DNA from: a virus
Taxonomy: Duplodnaviria; Heunggongvirae; Uroviricota; Caudoviricetes
IMG/VR virus record: IMGVR_UViG_2859810971_000007
Strand: one strand, 5' to 3'
DNA length: 64,000 nt
Shown: positions 45,838-57,147 of the stretch, piece after piece
Layout: every line of letters begins with the position of its first letter
Numbering within the stretch: the stretch's first letter is position 1
Position numbers and translations under genes: made by a program
Notes under the pieces: generated by a model
Seen by the model: the letters and a program-made list of their open reading frames with translations, nothing else
Told to the model about the DNA's origin: nothing
Databases searched by the model: none

Positions 45838-46041
45838 TTGATGAGCGTCAAAATTCAAACGATACCGGAACTGCTTATCCAGACACGAGGTAATATGACC
45901 GAAGTTTCACGAATGCTGAACTGTAATCGCGCCACGGTAAGAAAATATGCTGAAGATAAAGAGGGCAAAGGGCACGCCATTGTTGATGGTGTTCTGATTG
46001 TTCATCGTGGATGGGACAGGGGTAAAGACAGTGATGCGTGA
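45838..46041 (+). CDS. ninH: NinH-like protein
   Basis: 67 aa; ...[41 protein letters not shown] resembles lambda NinH. Confidence 0.55.
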   Translation: MMSVKIQTIPELLIQTRGNMTEVSRMLNCNRATVRKYAEDKEGKGHAIVDGVLIVHRGWDRGKDSDA

Positions 46042-46363
46042 TATTCAGCAGGTTCTTGAGCGCTGGGGCGCGTGGGTGGCTAATAATCATGAGGATGTGA
46101 CCTGGTCGTCCATTGCTGCCGGTTTTAAGGGATTAATCCCTTCAAAAGTAAAATCCCGCCCGCAATGCTGTGACGATGACGCGATGGTTATATGTGGGTG
46201 TATGGCCCGCCTTAACCGGAACAACAACGATCTACATGACTTGCTGGTTGACTACTACGTGTTTGGGATGACATTCATGACGCTGGCGCGGAAGCATGGA
46301 TGCTCAGATGGTTATATAGGAAAGAAGCTACAAAAAGCCGAGGGGTGGTGGAAGGAATGTTGA
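46034..46363 (+). CDS. quuD: Late-gene antiterminator Q (QuuD/phage-82 type)
   Basis: From [26 protein letters not shown]...[17 protein letters not shown], close to DLP12 QuuD as recalled; followed by terminator and late genes. Confidence 0.7.
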   Translation: MRDIQQVLERWGAWVANNHEDVTWSSIAAGFKGLIPSKVKSRPQCCDDDAMVICGCMARLNRNNNDLHDLLVDYYVFGMTFMTLARKHGCSDGYIGKKLQKAEGWWKEC

Positions 46364-46501
46364 TGATGTTGGGTGTCCGGTTAGAAATGGACAAATATAT
46401 TGAACATCCCTGATGGTAAGGGGCGACTTTCTAGAAAATATTTTACGTACGTAAAAAACGGGATATTCTGTTAAGAGTGGTTGCTTCGCCACACAGCTTA
46501 A

Positions 46502-46525
46502 ACCCGCCTCCGGGCGGGTTTTTTA
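46502..46525 (+). terminator. tR'-like intrinsic terminator
   Basis: CCCGCC-TCCG-GGCGGG hairpin followed by TTTTTTAT. Confidence 0.6.
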
Positions 46526-46612
46526 TGCCTGAAAAACGGTACAGGACGTTAAACACGCTGGTGGTCAGATGAGTTTGCAGATGTGATGACATATGGTTAT
46601 TATTCTGCCTCC

Positions 46613-46689
46613 GGCCCTTTAGCTCAGTTGGTCAGAGCGAGCGACTCATAATCGCCAGGTCGCTGGTTCAAGTCCAGCAAGGGCCACCA
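46613..46689 (+). tRNA. tRNA with CAT anticodon (ileX-like, Ile2 or Met)
   Basis: 77 nt ending CCA; cloverleaf by hand; anticodon loop CTCATAA. Confidence 0.75.
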
Positions 46690-46690
46690 A

Positions 46691-46767
46691 CCACCACTAG
46701 CTCATCCGGATAGAGCATCAACCTTCTAAGTTGACGGTGCGAGGTTCGAGTCCTCGGTGGTGGGCCA
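46691..46767 (+). tRNA. tRNA-Arg (anticodon TCT)
   Basis: 77 nt; anticodon loop CTTCTAA. Confidence 0.75.
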
Positions 46768-46769
46768 GC

Positions 46770-46845
<76 letters not shown>

Positions 46846-46848
46846 TAT

Positions 46849-46923
<75 letters not shown>

Positions 46924-47215
46924 GTCAGAGTCTTTCAGTCTGCGATGATGGGAAATCCCGGAGTGACTGAAAGACGTTTAAGTTATGAATGATAGCCTTT
47001 TTTTGCAAAATTGCTGTGCAGAAATACTAACCTTCGGGCGTGCGATCATTCATAAGCACTCTGCTTTTATTCCGATTAACTGTGGGTGGTTTGTTGGATA
47101 GAGTGCTTTCCTTACTGTATATATCGTTTCGCCCGCTTTTGCGTTTTTTTCTTTTCAAATCCCTTTCATTTCTCAGTGTAAAACTACTCCATCCGTTATT
47201 TGCGGAGGTGAGGCT

Positions 47216-47431
47216 ATGAAATCCATGGACAAAATTTCAACGGGCATTGCCTACGGCACCTCCGCCGGCAGTGCCGGCTACTGGTTTTTGCAGTGGTTGG
47301 ATCAGGTCAGGCCATCACAGTGGGCTGCGATTGGTGTGCTGGGAAGTCTGCTTCTGGGGCTTCTGACTTATCTGACGAATCTGTATTTCAAAATAAGAGA
47401 AGACAAGCGTAAGGCTGCACGGGGAGAGTAA
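47216..47431 (+). CDS. Holin (phage-21 S-type)
   Basis: 71 aa with hydrophobic segments and charged C-terminus [13 protein letters not shown]; first gene after Q/tRNA region. Confidence 0.7.
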   Translation: MKSMDKISTGIAYGTSAGSAGYWFLQWLDQVRPSQWAAIGVLGSLLLGLLTYLTNLYFKIREDKRKAARGE

Positions 47432-47434
47432 ATA

Positions 47435-48028
47435 ATGAAGCATGAAGAAATGAATCAGCGATTCAATCACCTGGAAAATGAAATCACTGAGCTTAATAAA
47501 AAATTGTCGGCGTTGGTGAGTTCTGAAGATGAAAACAAACGCCGCGATGAGCATTATGCGGCGATTTACGATTACTGCCACAAAGTCGCTCACGAGACTT
47601 TTATGAAGTTTTTGCAGGAAAAGTTTTTACCGGCCGCATTGTCAGAAAAAGAGGCGGCTTACCTGCGGCCTGAGTACGTCATTACGGTTAACAGTGCCGG
47701 AGAGGAAGAGCATAAAAGTGATTTTATTGCGTCTGCACCGGATAAAGACCAGGAACCCCATCGGCCTTTCAGGGTTTCCTGTGAAGAGGGTGAGTTCGTC
47801 GTTTATGAGAACGGAAAACCTGTCCGGGCATCGCATCATCACTGCCTGAAAATTATTAATCTCGCTATCAGATGCCTGAAAGACGAAAACACCAGAGTTA
47901 TGAAACGCATTGGCCGTTGCATGGGGTATTTGCAGGTGGCGGCAGAGATTGAAGCACTTGCCAGTGGTGCAGACATGGATGCTGCGGTGCGGGAGGCTCT
48001 TCTTCGTGATTTCAATACTCCCCTTTAA
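47435..48028 (+). CDS. Hypothetical protein between holin and endolysin
   Basis: 197-aa ORF starting 4 bp after holin stop; no family recognised. Confidence 0.4.
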   Translation: MKHEEMNQRFNHLENEITELNKKLSALVSSEDENKRRDEHYAAIYDYCHKVAHETFMKFLQEKFLPAALSEKEAAYLRPEYVITVNSAGEEEHKSDFIASAPDKDQEPHRPFRVSCEEGEFVVYENGKPVRASHHHCLKIINLAIRCLKDENTRVMKRIGRCMGYLQVAAEIEALASGADMDAAVREALLRDFNTPL

Positions 48029-48128
48029 GAAAGAGCCTGATGACTGGATCCAGCCGGGGCTGACTTATCTTAAAAGGCGTATATAAGTTGGCTCGTTATT
48101 TGTTGCCGATAAATCCTGATAAATATCC

Positions 48129-48653
48129 ATGAGCGCAAAAATCAAATACGGCCTGTCGGCTGCTGTTCTGGCGCTGATTGCCGCAGGCGCGTCTGCTCCC
48201 CAGATACTTGACCAGTTTCTGAACGAAAAAGAGGGTAATCACACAACGGCATACCGTGATGGTTCTGGCATATGGACCATCTGTCGTGGTGCCACAATGG
48301 TGGATGGTAAGCCTGTCATACCGGGAATGAAGCTGTCGAAGGAAAAATGTGACCAGGTTAACGCTATTGAACGTGATAAGGCGCTGGCATGGGTGGAGCG
48401 CAATATTAAAGTACCTCTGACCGAACCCCAGAAAGCGGGTATAGCGTCATTTTGCCCCTATAACATTGGCCCCGGTAAGTGTTTCCCGTCGACGTTTTAT
48501 AAGCGGCTGAATGCCGGTGATCGTAAGGGCGCATGCGAGGCGATTCGCTGGTGGATAAAAGATGTTGGGCGCGATTGCCGCATACGTTCAAATAACTGCT
48601 ATGGACAGGTTATTCGTCGTGACCAGGAAAGCGCATTAGCCTGTTGGGGATAG
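48129..48653 (+). CDS. Endolysin (lysozyme family with N-terminal signal-anchor)
   Basis: 174 aa; hydrophobic N-terminus then lysozyme-like core ([21 protein letters not shown]). Confidence 0.75.
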   Translation: MSAKIKYGLSAAVLALIAAGASAPQILDQFLNEKEGNHTTAYRDGSGIWTICRGATMVDGKPVIPGMKLSKEKCDQVNAIERDKALAWVERNIKVPLTEPQKAGIASFCPYNIGPGKCFPSTFYKRLNAGDRKGACEAIRWWIKDVGRDCRIRSNNCYGQVIRRDQESALACWG

Positions 48654-48657
48654 ATCA

Positions 48658-49266
48658 ATGAGCAGAGTCACCGCGATTATCTCCGCTCTGGTTATCTGCA
48701 TCATCGTCTGCCTGTCATGGGCTGTTAATCATTACCGTGATAACGCCATTACCTACAAAGAGCAGCGCGACAAAAACGCAAGAGAACTGAAGCTGGCGAA
48801 CGCAACCATTACTGACATGCAGCAGCGCCAGCGTGATGCTGATGCACTCGATGCTAAATACACGAAGGAGTTAGCTGATGCGAAAGCTGAAAATGATGCT
48901 CTTCGGCGCAAGCTTGATAATGGTGGTCGGGTGCTCGTCAAAGGAAAATGCCCTGTGCCATCCTCAGCCGAAACCTCCAGCGCCTCCGGCATGGGCAATG
49001 ATGCCACCGTCGAACTCTCTCCAGTTGCTGGACGAAACGTTCTCGGTATCCGGGACGGAATCATCAGCGACCAGACAGCATTGAGAATGCTTCAGGAGTA
49101 CATCAGGATCCAATGCCTTGGGGGTAGCGGTAATTTTACTCATTATCCTTCAAATCAGATTCTGTTGTCAGAGGAATGGGGGAAGCTGGATTCGCAAGAG
49201 CTTTTTATGGGCAGTTTAGCTAAAAAAAGGCAACACGAAGCTAAAACTACCAACATAAAGTGCTGA
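48658..49266 (+). CDS. Rz i-spanin, apparently C-terminally extended
   Basis: N-terminal TM plus coiled coil typical of Rz; ORF runs about 45 codons past the expected end and overlaps the convergent gene. Confidence 0.6.
   Translation: MSRVTAIISALVICIIVCLSWAVNHYRDNAITYKEQRDKNARELKLANATITDMQQRQRDADALDAKYTKELADAKAENDALRRKLDNGGRVLVKGKCPVPSSAETSSASGMGNDATVELSPVAGRNVLGIRDGIISDQTALRMLQEYIRIQCLGGSGNFTHYPSNQILLSEEWGKLDSQELFMGSLAKKRQHEAKTTNIKC
48878..49084 (+). CDS. Rz1 o-spanin lipoprotein embedded in Rz
   Basis: 68 aa in +1 frame inside Rz; lipobox VVGCSS; proline-rich. Confidence 0.6.
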   Translation: MRKLKMMLFGASLIMVVGCSSKENALCHPQPKPPAPPAWAMMPPSNSLQLLDETFSVSGTESSATRQH

Positions 49267-49728
49267 CCAGCTAGCAGCTGAAATCAGACTCACTGTATAC
49301 ACTTTCACTGGATGAAGTTGCAACATTCCTGCCACCAAAGGAGCAATGTAACGCAGCACGGCGATAAAGCGCGAAGTGAAAAGTATTGACACAGAGTTAT
49401 TTTGCAACTGAAGGCGAACCCGTTCTATTGTATTGGAACGGCTCGATATTATACATGCAAGTTGAGGGATATGCCCAATTATTATACCAAGATGGTAATT
49501 AACGATAGTACCGCACCATGCGCCACTCATGACCGTGATTCCAGCTTCCCATGGTGAAAGAGTCGTCTTGCTGACTGTAATGACAGTGGCCATCATAATT
49601 GATGCTGGTGGCAATATCGCCGAAATGAGTAAAGTGGATTTTGTGAACGCTATTATAAAAAGAAGCCCCCATAGGCGATATGGATGAAGTACAAAATAGT
49701 TCATCAAAGCATTTATCCACTCCATCAA
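49216..49728 (-). CDS. DedA-family (VTT-domain) membrane protein
   Basis: 170 aa, multiple TM segments; [17 protein letters not shown] resembles the DedA signature. Confidence 0.45.
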   Translation of the reverse strand: MMEWINALMNYFVLHPYRLWGLLFIIAFTKSTLLISAILPPASIMMATVITVSKTTLSPWEAGITVMSGAWCGTIVNYHLGIIIGHIPQLACIISSRSNTIERVRLQLQNNSVSILFTSRFIAVLRYIAPLVAGMLQLHPVKVYTVSLISAASWSALYVGSFSFVLPFFS

Positions 49729-49921
49729 TGTCTTTCCTTCTGTGAATTTTTCTTTGCTATTTAACCGTGATACGACTTAATTTAGGCTTAAACACCTTAC
49801 ATTTACAAGATACTCCTGTGGGGGCCCTGCCACGGAGAGTCGCAGGAGTGAGTGATGAGGAAGAATTAAAGCAACCTATTGTGACAGGCAGCGATAACAG
49901 TAAATCACAGGAAGCATAATC

Positions 49922-50685
49922 ATGGCAAAACCGGACTGGGAGGCCATCGAATCGGCATACCGGGCCGGAGTCCTTAGCCTCCGTGATATAGGCGAGAAAT
50001 ACAGCGTTACAGAAGGGGCTATCAGGAAGAGGGCCAAAAAGCTTGATTGGGCACGCAGTGGCGGTACGCAGGTTTGCAAAAATGGTACGCAAAAAAGGAA
50101 AGTGCGTACCAGCAGAAAGCCTGCCATTACTGGCCTTACACAAAAAAGTACGCAAATAAAAACAGAATCTACACCGGATACGAAACCGATACGCGGAATG
50201 CGTACCGATCCCCGACTAACCCATTCCAACCCGGTAACCAGCAGGCATTAAAACACGGTGGTTATGCCCGTCGCCTTCTGCTCAAAGATGAGGTGATAGA
50301 GGACGCTAAAGCGTTGACGCTCGAGGACGAATTATTTCGCCTTCGTGCTAACAACCTTGTCGCTGCAGAGAATATTGGTCGGTGGTTGGTGTCGCTGGAA
50401 GATGCTAATGGGGACCAGGAAAGGAAGATGCTGATTGAAAATATCAGCGCCGCCGAGAAAGCAATGATGCGCAATACAGTTCGTATTGAGTCCATCGTTG
50501 GCACGCTTGCGACGGTAGGAAAAATATTTGCTGATACAGCCTACCGCAAGGCCGCCACTGATAAGGTGTCTCTGGAGGCTGATCGTCTTCGCCGTGATGC
50601 AGGTATTGATGATGGCAATGGAGAGCGTGACCTCAATGACTTCTACTCTGACATCCAAACCGACGCTGAATCCGGCTTTACGTAG
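49922..50685 (+). pseudogene. Terminase small subunit, frameshifted
   Basis: HTH N-terminus in ORF 49922..50251, C-terminal domain (TNPFQPGNQQALKHGG...) in ORF 50047..50685; join lies in A-rich repeats 50090-50160. Confidence 0.5.
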
Positions 50686-51394
50686 TTTCTGGACTATGCG
50701 GGCACGTAACAAAGTGCTTTATGGTGGTCGGTCATCGTCAAAATCATGGGATGCCGCTGGCATTGCCATATTTCTGTCGAATAAATACACCCTGCGTTTT
50801 TGTTGTGCCCGTCAGATCCAGAATAAAATCGAAGAGTCGGTGTATACCCTGCTCAAAATTCAGATAGACAGGTTTGGTCTGCGGCACCGTTTCCGTATTC
50901 TGAACAACAAAATCATTAACCGGGTTACTGGCTCGGAATTTGTTTTTTATGGATTATGGCGCAACATCGAAGAAATTAAGTCACTGGAGGGGATCGATGT
51001 GTTGTGGCTGGAAGAAGCCCACGCACTGACGGAATACCAGTGGAAAATTCTGGAGCCAACGATCCGTAAAGAGGGTTCGGAATGCTGGTTCATATTCAAC
51101 CCCGGACTTGTTACTGATTTCGTCTGGCGCAACTTCGTTGTTGATCCGCCCGAAGGCACTCTCATCCGCAAAATTAACTATGACGAAAATCCGTTTCTGT
51201 CTGACACCATGCTTAAGGTTATCGACGCGGCGCGACGCCGTGATCCGGATGGTTTTAAACATGTGTATGAGGGCGTTCCGGAGTCTGATGATGATGCGGC
51301 AATTAGACTGGCCCCCTGAATCTCCAGACAACCAGTATCACTTAAATAAGTGATAGTCTTAATACTAGTTTTTAGACTAGTCATTGGAGAACAG

Positions 51395-51826
51395 ATGATT
51401 GATGTCTTAGGGCCGGAGAAACGCAGACGGCGTACCACACAGGAAAAGATCGCAATTGTTCAGCAGAGCTTTGAACCGGGGATGACGGTCTCCCTCGTTG
51501 CCCGGCAACATGGTGTAGCAGCCAGCCAGTTATTTCTCTGGCGTAAGCAATACCAGGAAGGAAGTCTTACTGCTGTGGCCGCCGGAGAACAGGTTGTTCC
51601 TGCCTCTGAACTTGCTGCCGCCATGAAGCAGATTAAAGAACTCCAGCGCCTGCTCGGCAAGAAAACGATGGAAAATGAACTCCTCAAAGAAGCCGTTGAA
51701 TATGGACGGGCAAAAAAGTGGATAGCGCACGCGCCCTTATTGCCCGGGATGGGGAGTAAGCTTAGTCAGCCGTTGTCTCCGGGTGTCGCGTGCGCAGTTG
51801 CACGTCATTCTCAGACGAACCGATGA
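51395..51826 (+). CDS. insC: IS2 InsC, altered C-terminus
   Basis: Reads ..[17 protein letters not shown].. instead of ..LLPGDGE-stop because of the G3 run at 51746-51748. Confidence 0.6.
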   Translation: MIDVLGPEKRRRRTTQEKIAIVQQSFEPGMTVSLVARQHGVAASQLFLWRKQYQEGSLTAVAAGEQVVPASELAAAMKQIKELQRLLGKKTMENELLKEAVEYGRAKKWIAHAPLLPGMGSKLSQPLSPGVACAVARHSQTNR

Positions 51827-52622
51827 CTGGATGGATGGCCGCCGCAGTCGTCACACTGATGATACGGATGTGCTTCTCCGTATACACCATGTTATCGGAG
51901 AGCTGCCCACGTATGGTTATCGTCGGGTATGGGCGCTGCTTCGCAGACAGGCAGAACTTGATGGTATGCCTGCGATCAATGCCAAACGTGTTTACCGGCT
52001 CATGCGCCAGAATGCGCTGTTGCTTGAGCGAAAACCTGCTGTACCGCCATCGAAACGGGCACATACAGGCAGAGTGGCCGTGAAAGAAAGCAATCAGCGA
52101 TGGTGCTCTGACGGGTTCGAGTTCTGCTGTGATAACGGAGAGAGACTGCGTGTCACGTTCGCGCTGGACTGCTGTGATCGTGAGGCACTGCACTGGGCGG
52201 TGACTACCGGCGGCTTCAACAGTGAAACAGTACAGGACGTCATGCTGGGAGCGGTGGAACGCCGCTTCGGCAACGATCTTCCGTCGTCTCCAGTGGAGTG
52301 GCTGACGGATAATGGTTCATGCTACCGGGCTAATGAAACACGCCAGTTCGCCCGGATGTTGGGACTTGAACCGAAGAACACGGCGGTGCGGAGTCCGGAG
52401 AGTAACGGAATAGCAGAGAGCTTCGTGAAAACGATAAAGCGTGACTACATCAGTATCATGCCCAAACCAGACGGGTTAACGGCAGCAAAGAACCTTGCAG
52501 AGGCGTTCGAGCATTATAACGAATGGCATCCGCATAGTGCGCTGGGTTATCGCTCGCCACGGGAATATCTGCGGCAGCGGGCTTGTAATGGGTTAAGTGA
52601 TAACAGATGTCTGGAAATATAG
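51783..52622 (+). pseudogene. insD: IS2 InsD, N-terminally truncated
   Basis: InsD frame is closed by a stop upstream of 51783 as a result of the same 1-nt difference. Confidence 0.6.
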
Positions 52623-53373
52623 GGGCAAATCCAGCAATCATCAAACTGTCTTGGATAGAAGCCGCAGTGGATGCGCACAAAACGTTAAATTTCGAACCCA
52701 GTGGAAGAAAGCGTATTGGCTTTGACGTGGCTGACAGTGGTACAGATAAGTGCGCTAACGTTTACCGTCACGGATCCGTTGTTTTCTGGGCCGACGAATG
52801 GAAGGCCAAAGAAGATGAATTACTGAAGAGCTGCCAGCGTACTTATCAGGCGGCGCTGGAGCGTGAAGCAGATATTGTTTACGACTCTATCGGTGTTGGT
52901 GCGTCTGCCGGTGCTAAATTCTCTGAAATTAACGCTGACCGGAAGAGCGAGAACGCATACGCGCGACGTGTGAATTACCAGAGGTTTAACGCCGGTGCTG
53001 GTGTGCATGAGCCAGATGACGAGTACAACGGCATCCCCAACAAAGACTTTTTCGCAAATCTTAAGGCTCAGGCATGGTGGCTGGTGGCTGACCGTTTCAG
53101 AAATACGTTTAACGCCATTAACAACGGAGAACAGTATCCTGTGGATGAGCTGATCAGCATAGATTCTCGTTGTCCGTTGCTTGAAAAGCTGAAACTGGAA
53201 CTGACAACACCTCATCGTGATTTCGACCGTAACGGACGTGTGATGGTCGAAAGTAAAAAAGACCTCGCAAAACGCGAGATACCGTCACCAAACGTTGCTG
53301 ATGCATTCATTATGGCCTTCGCGCCAATCGATACATCGCTGGATATCTGGGAACAGCTGGGGAGACAGGCCTG

Positions 53374-54840
53374 ATGGCACGAAACAAACAAGCCCTGCGG
53401 CGAACTGTGCAGGCCACAGCTGATGGTTATGAGAATTTTATTGCCCGAGTAGGGATGCAGACACCTAACCAGCACTCAGCATCCACCTACCGGGCTAATT
53501 TCACCAGTCGTAACCGCATGCTGGTGGAATGGTCCTATCGTTCATCCTGGATCATCGGCGAAGCAGTCGATGCTATCCCGGATGATATGACCCGCAAAGG
53601 CATTCGCATCACTTCGGAAATTGATGCAAAAGATCGTGGCATTCTCGAATCACAACTGGATGAGTTGCAAATCTGGGATGCGCTGAATGACGTGCTGAAA
53701 TGGTCGCGCCTCTACGGCGGCGCGGTGGGTTTCATCATGATTGAGGGGCAGGCACCAATGACCCCGCTGCGACCCGAAACCATCGGTAAGGGCAAGTTTA
53801 AGGGGATTCTCCCGCTCGACCGCTGGATGGTCGACCCGGCACTGACCCGCCGCATTAAAGATATGGGGCCGGACCTGGGTAAACCTGAGTTTTACGATGT
53901 GGTGACCACAGCAACGGGAATTCCTGCCTGGCGCATTCATCACAGTCGCCTGATTCGCTTTGATGGCGTCACGTTGCCATTTCAGCAGAAGATGACCGAG
54001 AACGAATGGGGAATGTCGGTTGTAGAGCGTATCTGGGATCGTCTTACCGCGTTCGACAGCGCTACTGTCGGCGCGGCGCAGCTGGTCTACAAGGCGCATT
54101 TGCGTACCTACAGCGTGGAGAAGCTACGCGAGCTTATCGCACTTGGTGGTCCTGCGTATGAAGCGTTGCTGAAGAATATCGACCTGATTCGACAGTTCCA
54201 GAGTAATGAAGGCATGACGCTCATGGACTCGCGGGATAAGTTTGAAACCCATCAGTACAGCTTCAGTGGTCTGGATGACATCCTTTCGCAGTTTGCAGAA
54301 CAGATTAGTGGCGCTGTTGGTATCCCACTGGTGCGGTTGTTCGGACAGTCCCCGAAAGGATTTTCTACCGGTGATGCAGACCTTGCCAACTATTACGATC
54401 GCATCAGTTCGTTGCAGGAGAGGCGTTTACGTCTTCCGGTGCGGCGGATACTGGACATCATGCATCGTTCGGAACTTGGCAAGCCGCTGCCGGACGATTT
54501 CACGTTTGAGTTTAACCCGCTCTGGCAAATGTCTGATGTCGATCGCTCAACGGTGGCGTTAAACACCACCAACGCAATCAGTACGGCGCTGGGTGATGGT
54601 CTGATGACACTGAAAGCCGCTATGACTGATTTGCGAGAAAATTCTGACGTAACCGGCATAGGGGCATCCATTACCAACGAGGACATCGAGAATGCCGAAG
54701 ATGAAGCGCCGCCCGGCATCGGCGAACCTGATGACGAACCGCAGGAGCCGTCAGGCGGAAATCCGGTATCGAACCAGCCTACGCAGGATAGCGAGGGCGG
54801 TCGGAGACATCGTAAATGGTCGCTACGATGGTTCAAATGA
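53374..54840 (+). CDS. Portal protein (Mu gp29 / DUF935-like)
   Basis: 488 aa directly after terminase large subunit (ATGA overlap); acidic C-terminus. Confidence 0.65.
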   Translation: MARNKQALRRTVQATADGYENFIARVGMQTPNQHSASTYRANFTSRNRMLVEWSYRSSWIIGEAVDAIPDDMTRKGIRITSEIDAKDRGILESQLDELQIWDALNDVLKWSRLYGGAVGFIMIEGQAPMTPLRPETIGKGKFKGILPLDRWMVDPALTRRIKDMGPDLGKPEFYDVVTTATGIPAWRIHHSRLIRFDGVTLPFQQKMTENEWGMSVVERIWDRLTAFDSATVGAAQLVYKAHLRTYSVEKLRELIALGGPAYEALLKNIDLIRQFQSNEGMTLMDSRDKFETHQYSFSGLDDILSQFAEQISGAVGIPLVRLFGQSPKGFSTGDADLANYYDRISSLQERRLRLPVRRILDIMHRSELGKPLPDDFTFEFNPLWQMSDVDRSTVALNTTNAISTALGDGLMTLKAAMTDLRENSDVTGIGASITNEDIENAEDEAPPGIGEPDDEPQEPSGGNPVSNQPTQDSEGGRRHRKWSLRWFK

Positions 54841-55473
54841 CAGTATCACGGAAATTATTGCGGCGCTGGAGCGTTACAGTGAAATCATCACCCCTGGGCG
54901 ACAAAGGTCGCGGAAAACTTTACTGCGGACCTAACCCGGCAGAACGAGAAAGTTTGGCGGCAACACAGCAAGAACATCAGTCGCGAGCTCCGCAATCTTG
55001 TGGAAAGCGCTCCTGTGGGCCAGGTGATGCAATCCATCATCGCCGAACAGGTCAAGTACATCAAATCTCTGCCTCTCGAGGCCGCAGACAGGGTGTACGA
55101 CATCCAGAACAAAGCGATAGAGGCTGTTGTCACCGGTGGTCGGGCGGAGCAGTTTGCTAAAGAGATTGCATCTACCGGCGATGTTGCTAAGTCTAGGGCC
55201 GATCTGATTGCCCGAACGGAACTGGGAAGAGCAACGGGCGCGCTGGATATGGCCCGAGCGATAGCTATTGGCTCGGATGGTTATATTTGGCGTACAGCCG
55301 ATGATGGCGATGTCCGAGATTCCCACGATCACATGAAAGGTAAATTCGTCCGCTGGGATTCACCTCCAACTTTGGACGGCATGACCGGCCACGCGGGCGA
55401 GCTGCCAAACTGCCGCTGCTATAAAGAGATCGTGTTTGTTCGCGTTCCATTCGCAATGAAAAGGGCAGCATAA
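54692..55473 (+). pseudogene. Head morphogenesis protein (Mu F-like), frameshifted
   Basis: C-part ORF 55000..55473 (..DGDVRDSHDHMKGKFVRWDSPP..); upstream part in another frame; frames join if one C is added to run 54891-54894; start uncertain. Confidence 0.5.
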
Positions 55474-55476
55474 CCC

Positions 55477-56592
55477 ATGAAATACTTTTTTGAGACCAGG
55501 CTCGGGGAAACCCGATACCGCCTGGCTGACGGCTCGTTGCTGTGCAAAGACGTGCCGATAGGACGAACAGGTAAGCAGCTCTATGGTGCTGATGACCTGC
55601 CAAAACTGAAACCCGATAAGTTCGTTGAAATAGTCGTCACGCGTTCTCCTGAGCAGGTATTCCATCCGGCCACGCTTGCCTCATTCGAAGGGATGAGCAT
55701 CACGATCCTGCATCCTGAAGATGAAAACGGGAATGTGCGGCTGGTAAATCCCGAGAACTGGAAAGTGCTTGCTGTCGGGCACCTCCAGAATGTCCGGCGC
55801 GGGACGGGTGAGCAGTCTGATTTGATGCTGGCTGACCTTATCGTCAAAGACGAAAGCGCCATTCAGCTTATCGAAGATGGCCTGCGCGAAGTGTCGTGCG
55901 GCTATGACGCGGAGTACGAGCAGACCGAGCCAGGTAAAGCCGAGCAGGTCGATATTACCGGAAACCATGTGGCTCTTGTCCCTAAAGGCAGAGCCGGAAA
56001 TCGTTGTGCAATTGGAGACAGAGACACAATGGCAAATCAAAAGAAAAACTGGTGGAACCGCATGCGTGCGGCCATCAAGACAGGAGATGCCGACACCATG
56101 AACGAACTGGTGGAGTCGGCTCCCGCATCGGTTACAGGAGATGAGGGGGATTTGCCGCAGGGCGTTAATCTCAACATCAACCTGTCCCCGCAGCAACCAC
56201 TACCGGACAAAGCACCAGAGATGGGCGGAGATCCAACCGGTGACGGCGAGGACGATGAAGAGGAAACCACGATTACTGGTGACTCAGCCTGGCGTGCCGA
56301 AGTTATCGTTCCGGGTATCGATCTGAGCCGTAAGATGAAACCGACCGCGTTCAAACGCGAGGTTCTGGCTTCTGCTGACAAAACGCTGGTTCGCCAGATA
56401 GTCGGTGATGCGGATATCCGCAAATTACCGAAACAATCGGTCGACATGGCGTTTAATGCCGTGTCTGAGGTTGCCAAAGGGCGAAACACCCGCGCCACCA
56501 CCGGCGATGCACAGCGCCTAAACATGGGCATGACCAGTATCGCTTCCCTGAACAAACAAAACGCTGAATTCTGGGCAAACCGTAAAGGGTAA
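55477..56592 (+). CDS. Putative prohead protease/scaffold protein
   Basis: 371 aa between head-morphogenesis and capsid genes; acidic low-complexity C-terminal region. Confidence 0.4.
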   Translation: MKYFFETRLGETRYRLADGSLLCKDVPIGRTGKQLYGADDLPKLKPDKFVEIVVTRSPEQVFHPATLASFEGMSITILHPEDENGNVRLVNPENWKVLAVGHLQNVRRGTGEQSDLMLADLIVKDESAIQLIEDGLREVSCGYDAEYEQTEPGKAEQVDITGNHVALVPKGRAGNRCAIGDRDTMANQKKNWWNRMRAAIKTGDADTMNELVESAPASVTGDEGDLPQGVNLNINLSPQQPLPDKAPEMGGDPTGDGEDDEEETTITGDSAWRAEVIVPGIDLSRKMKPTAFKREVLASADKTLVRQIVGDADIRKLPKQSVDMAFNAVSEVAKGRNTRATTGDAQRLNMGMTSIASLNKQNAEFWANRKG

Positions 56593-56595
56593 AAA

Positions 56596-57081
56596 ATGAA
56601 TAATGTATTTCTGTACCGGATGCCTGTTGGCATTGCCGGGGCTGTCTCTCGCCCGCAGGACTTAACCGTCGAACCGGTGGTCCTTAAATCCGATAACGCC
56701 TTCGCTGCCTATGGCCTGGCTGGTAAATACGATGATGACGTTTTTTTCGTGCCGCTGGCAGATGGTGATACCGCAGACAAGGTGAAGGGGATCTACGTGC
56801 GCCCTTATCCGACCACGTCGCAGCCGGACATGGTTCGCCAGGTGGGAACAGGCAAGAACTTCCCGGGCGACGCCATGAAGCGTGGCTACGTGACCGTTAA
56901 TCTCGGTTCTGATTTTGATGCCAGCACTATCAAAAAAGGCGATCCGGTATACGTTGTCGTCTCCACTGATGAATCCATCAAAGTGCCTCTGGGTGGATTC
57001 ATGTCCACGTCAGTCAGTGGCAAAAACGTGGTGCTGACCAACGCTGAATTCACAGGTGCCGGTGATGCTGACCAACGCTGA
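56596..57081 (+). CDS. Head-associated protein with C-terminus altered by tandem duplication
   Basis: 161-aa ORF ends ..GAGDADQR; without the second 34-bp repeat it would end ..GAGDADGNAEISWKI. Confidence 0.45.
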   Translation: MNNVFLYRMPVGIAGAVSRPQDLTVEPVVLKSDNAFAAYGLAGKYDDDVFFVPLADGDTADKVKGIYVRPYPTTSQPDMVRQVGTGKNFPGDAMKRGYVTVNLGSDFDASTIKKGDPVYVVVSTDESIKVPLGGFMSTSVSGKNVVLTNAEFTGAGDADQR

Positions 57082-57100
57082 ATTCACAGGTGCCGGTGAT
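57033..57100 (+). repeat. Perfect 34-bp tandem duplication (2 copies)
   Basis: GCTGACCAACGCTGAATTCACAGGTGCCGGTGAT at 57033-57066 repeated at 57067-57100. Confidence 0.9.
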
Positions 57101-57147
57101 GCTGACGGCAATGCAGAAATTTCCTGGAAGATTTAAGGAACAGACGA

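Larger units (their letters stand above)
51304..52632 (+). mobile_element. IS2 copy B
   Basis: 1329 bp; 5-bp target duplication GCAAT at 51299-51303 and 52633-52637; one G fewer than copy A in the insC/insD overlap. Confidence 0.9.
50636..53374 (+). pseudogene. Terminase large subunit interrupted by IS2
   Basis: N-part with P-loop GGRSSSKSWDAAG to 51303; C-part resumes in frame at 52638 (..DDDAA-IIKLSWIEAAVDAHK..) after removing the IS and one GCAAT copy; start codon uncertain. Confidence 0.7.

Noticed and set aside
49757-50229. Minus-strand ORFs of 132 and 117 aa
   Set aside because: They overlap the terminase small-subunit gene on the opposite strand and look like antisense artefacts.
54816-55160. 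114-aa Arg-rich ORF
   Set aside because: Alternative frame within the Mu F-like gene; translation is junk-like, and the other two frames carry the conserved sequence.
57033-57100. Possible CRISPR or iteron array
   Set aside because: Only two directly adjacent identical units with no spacers; a simple tandem duplication inside a coding sequence.
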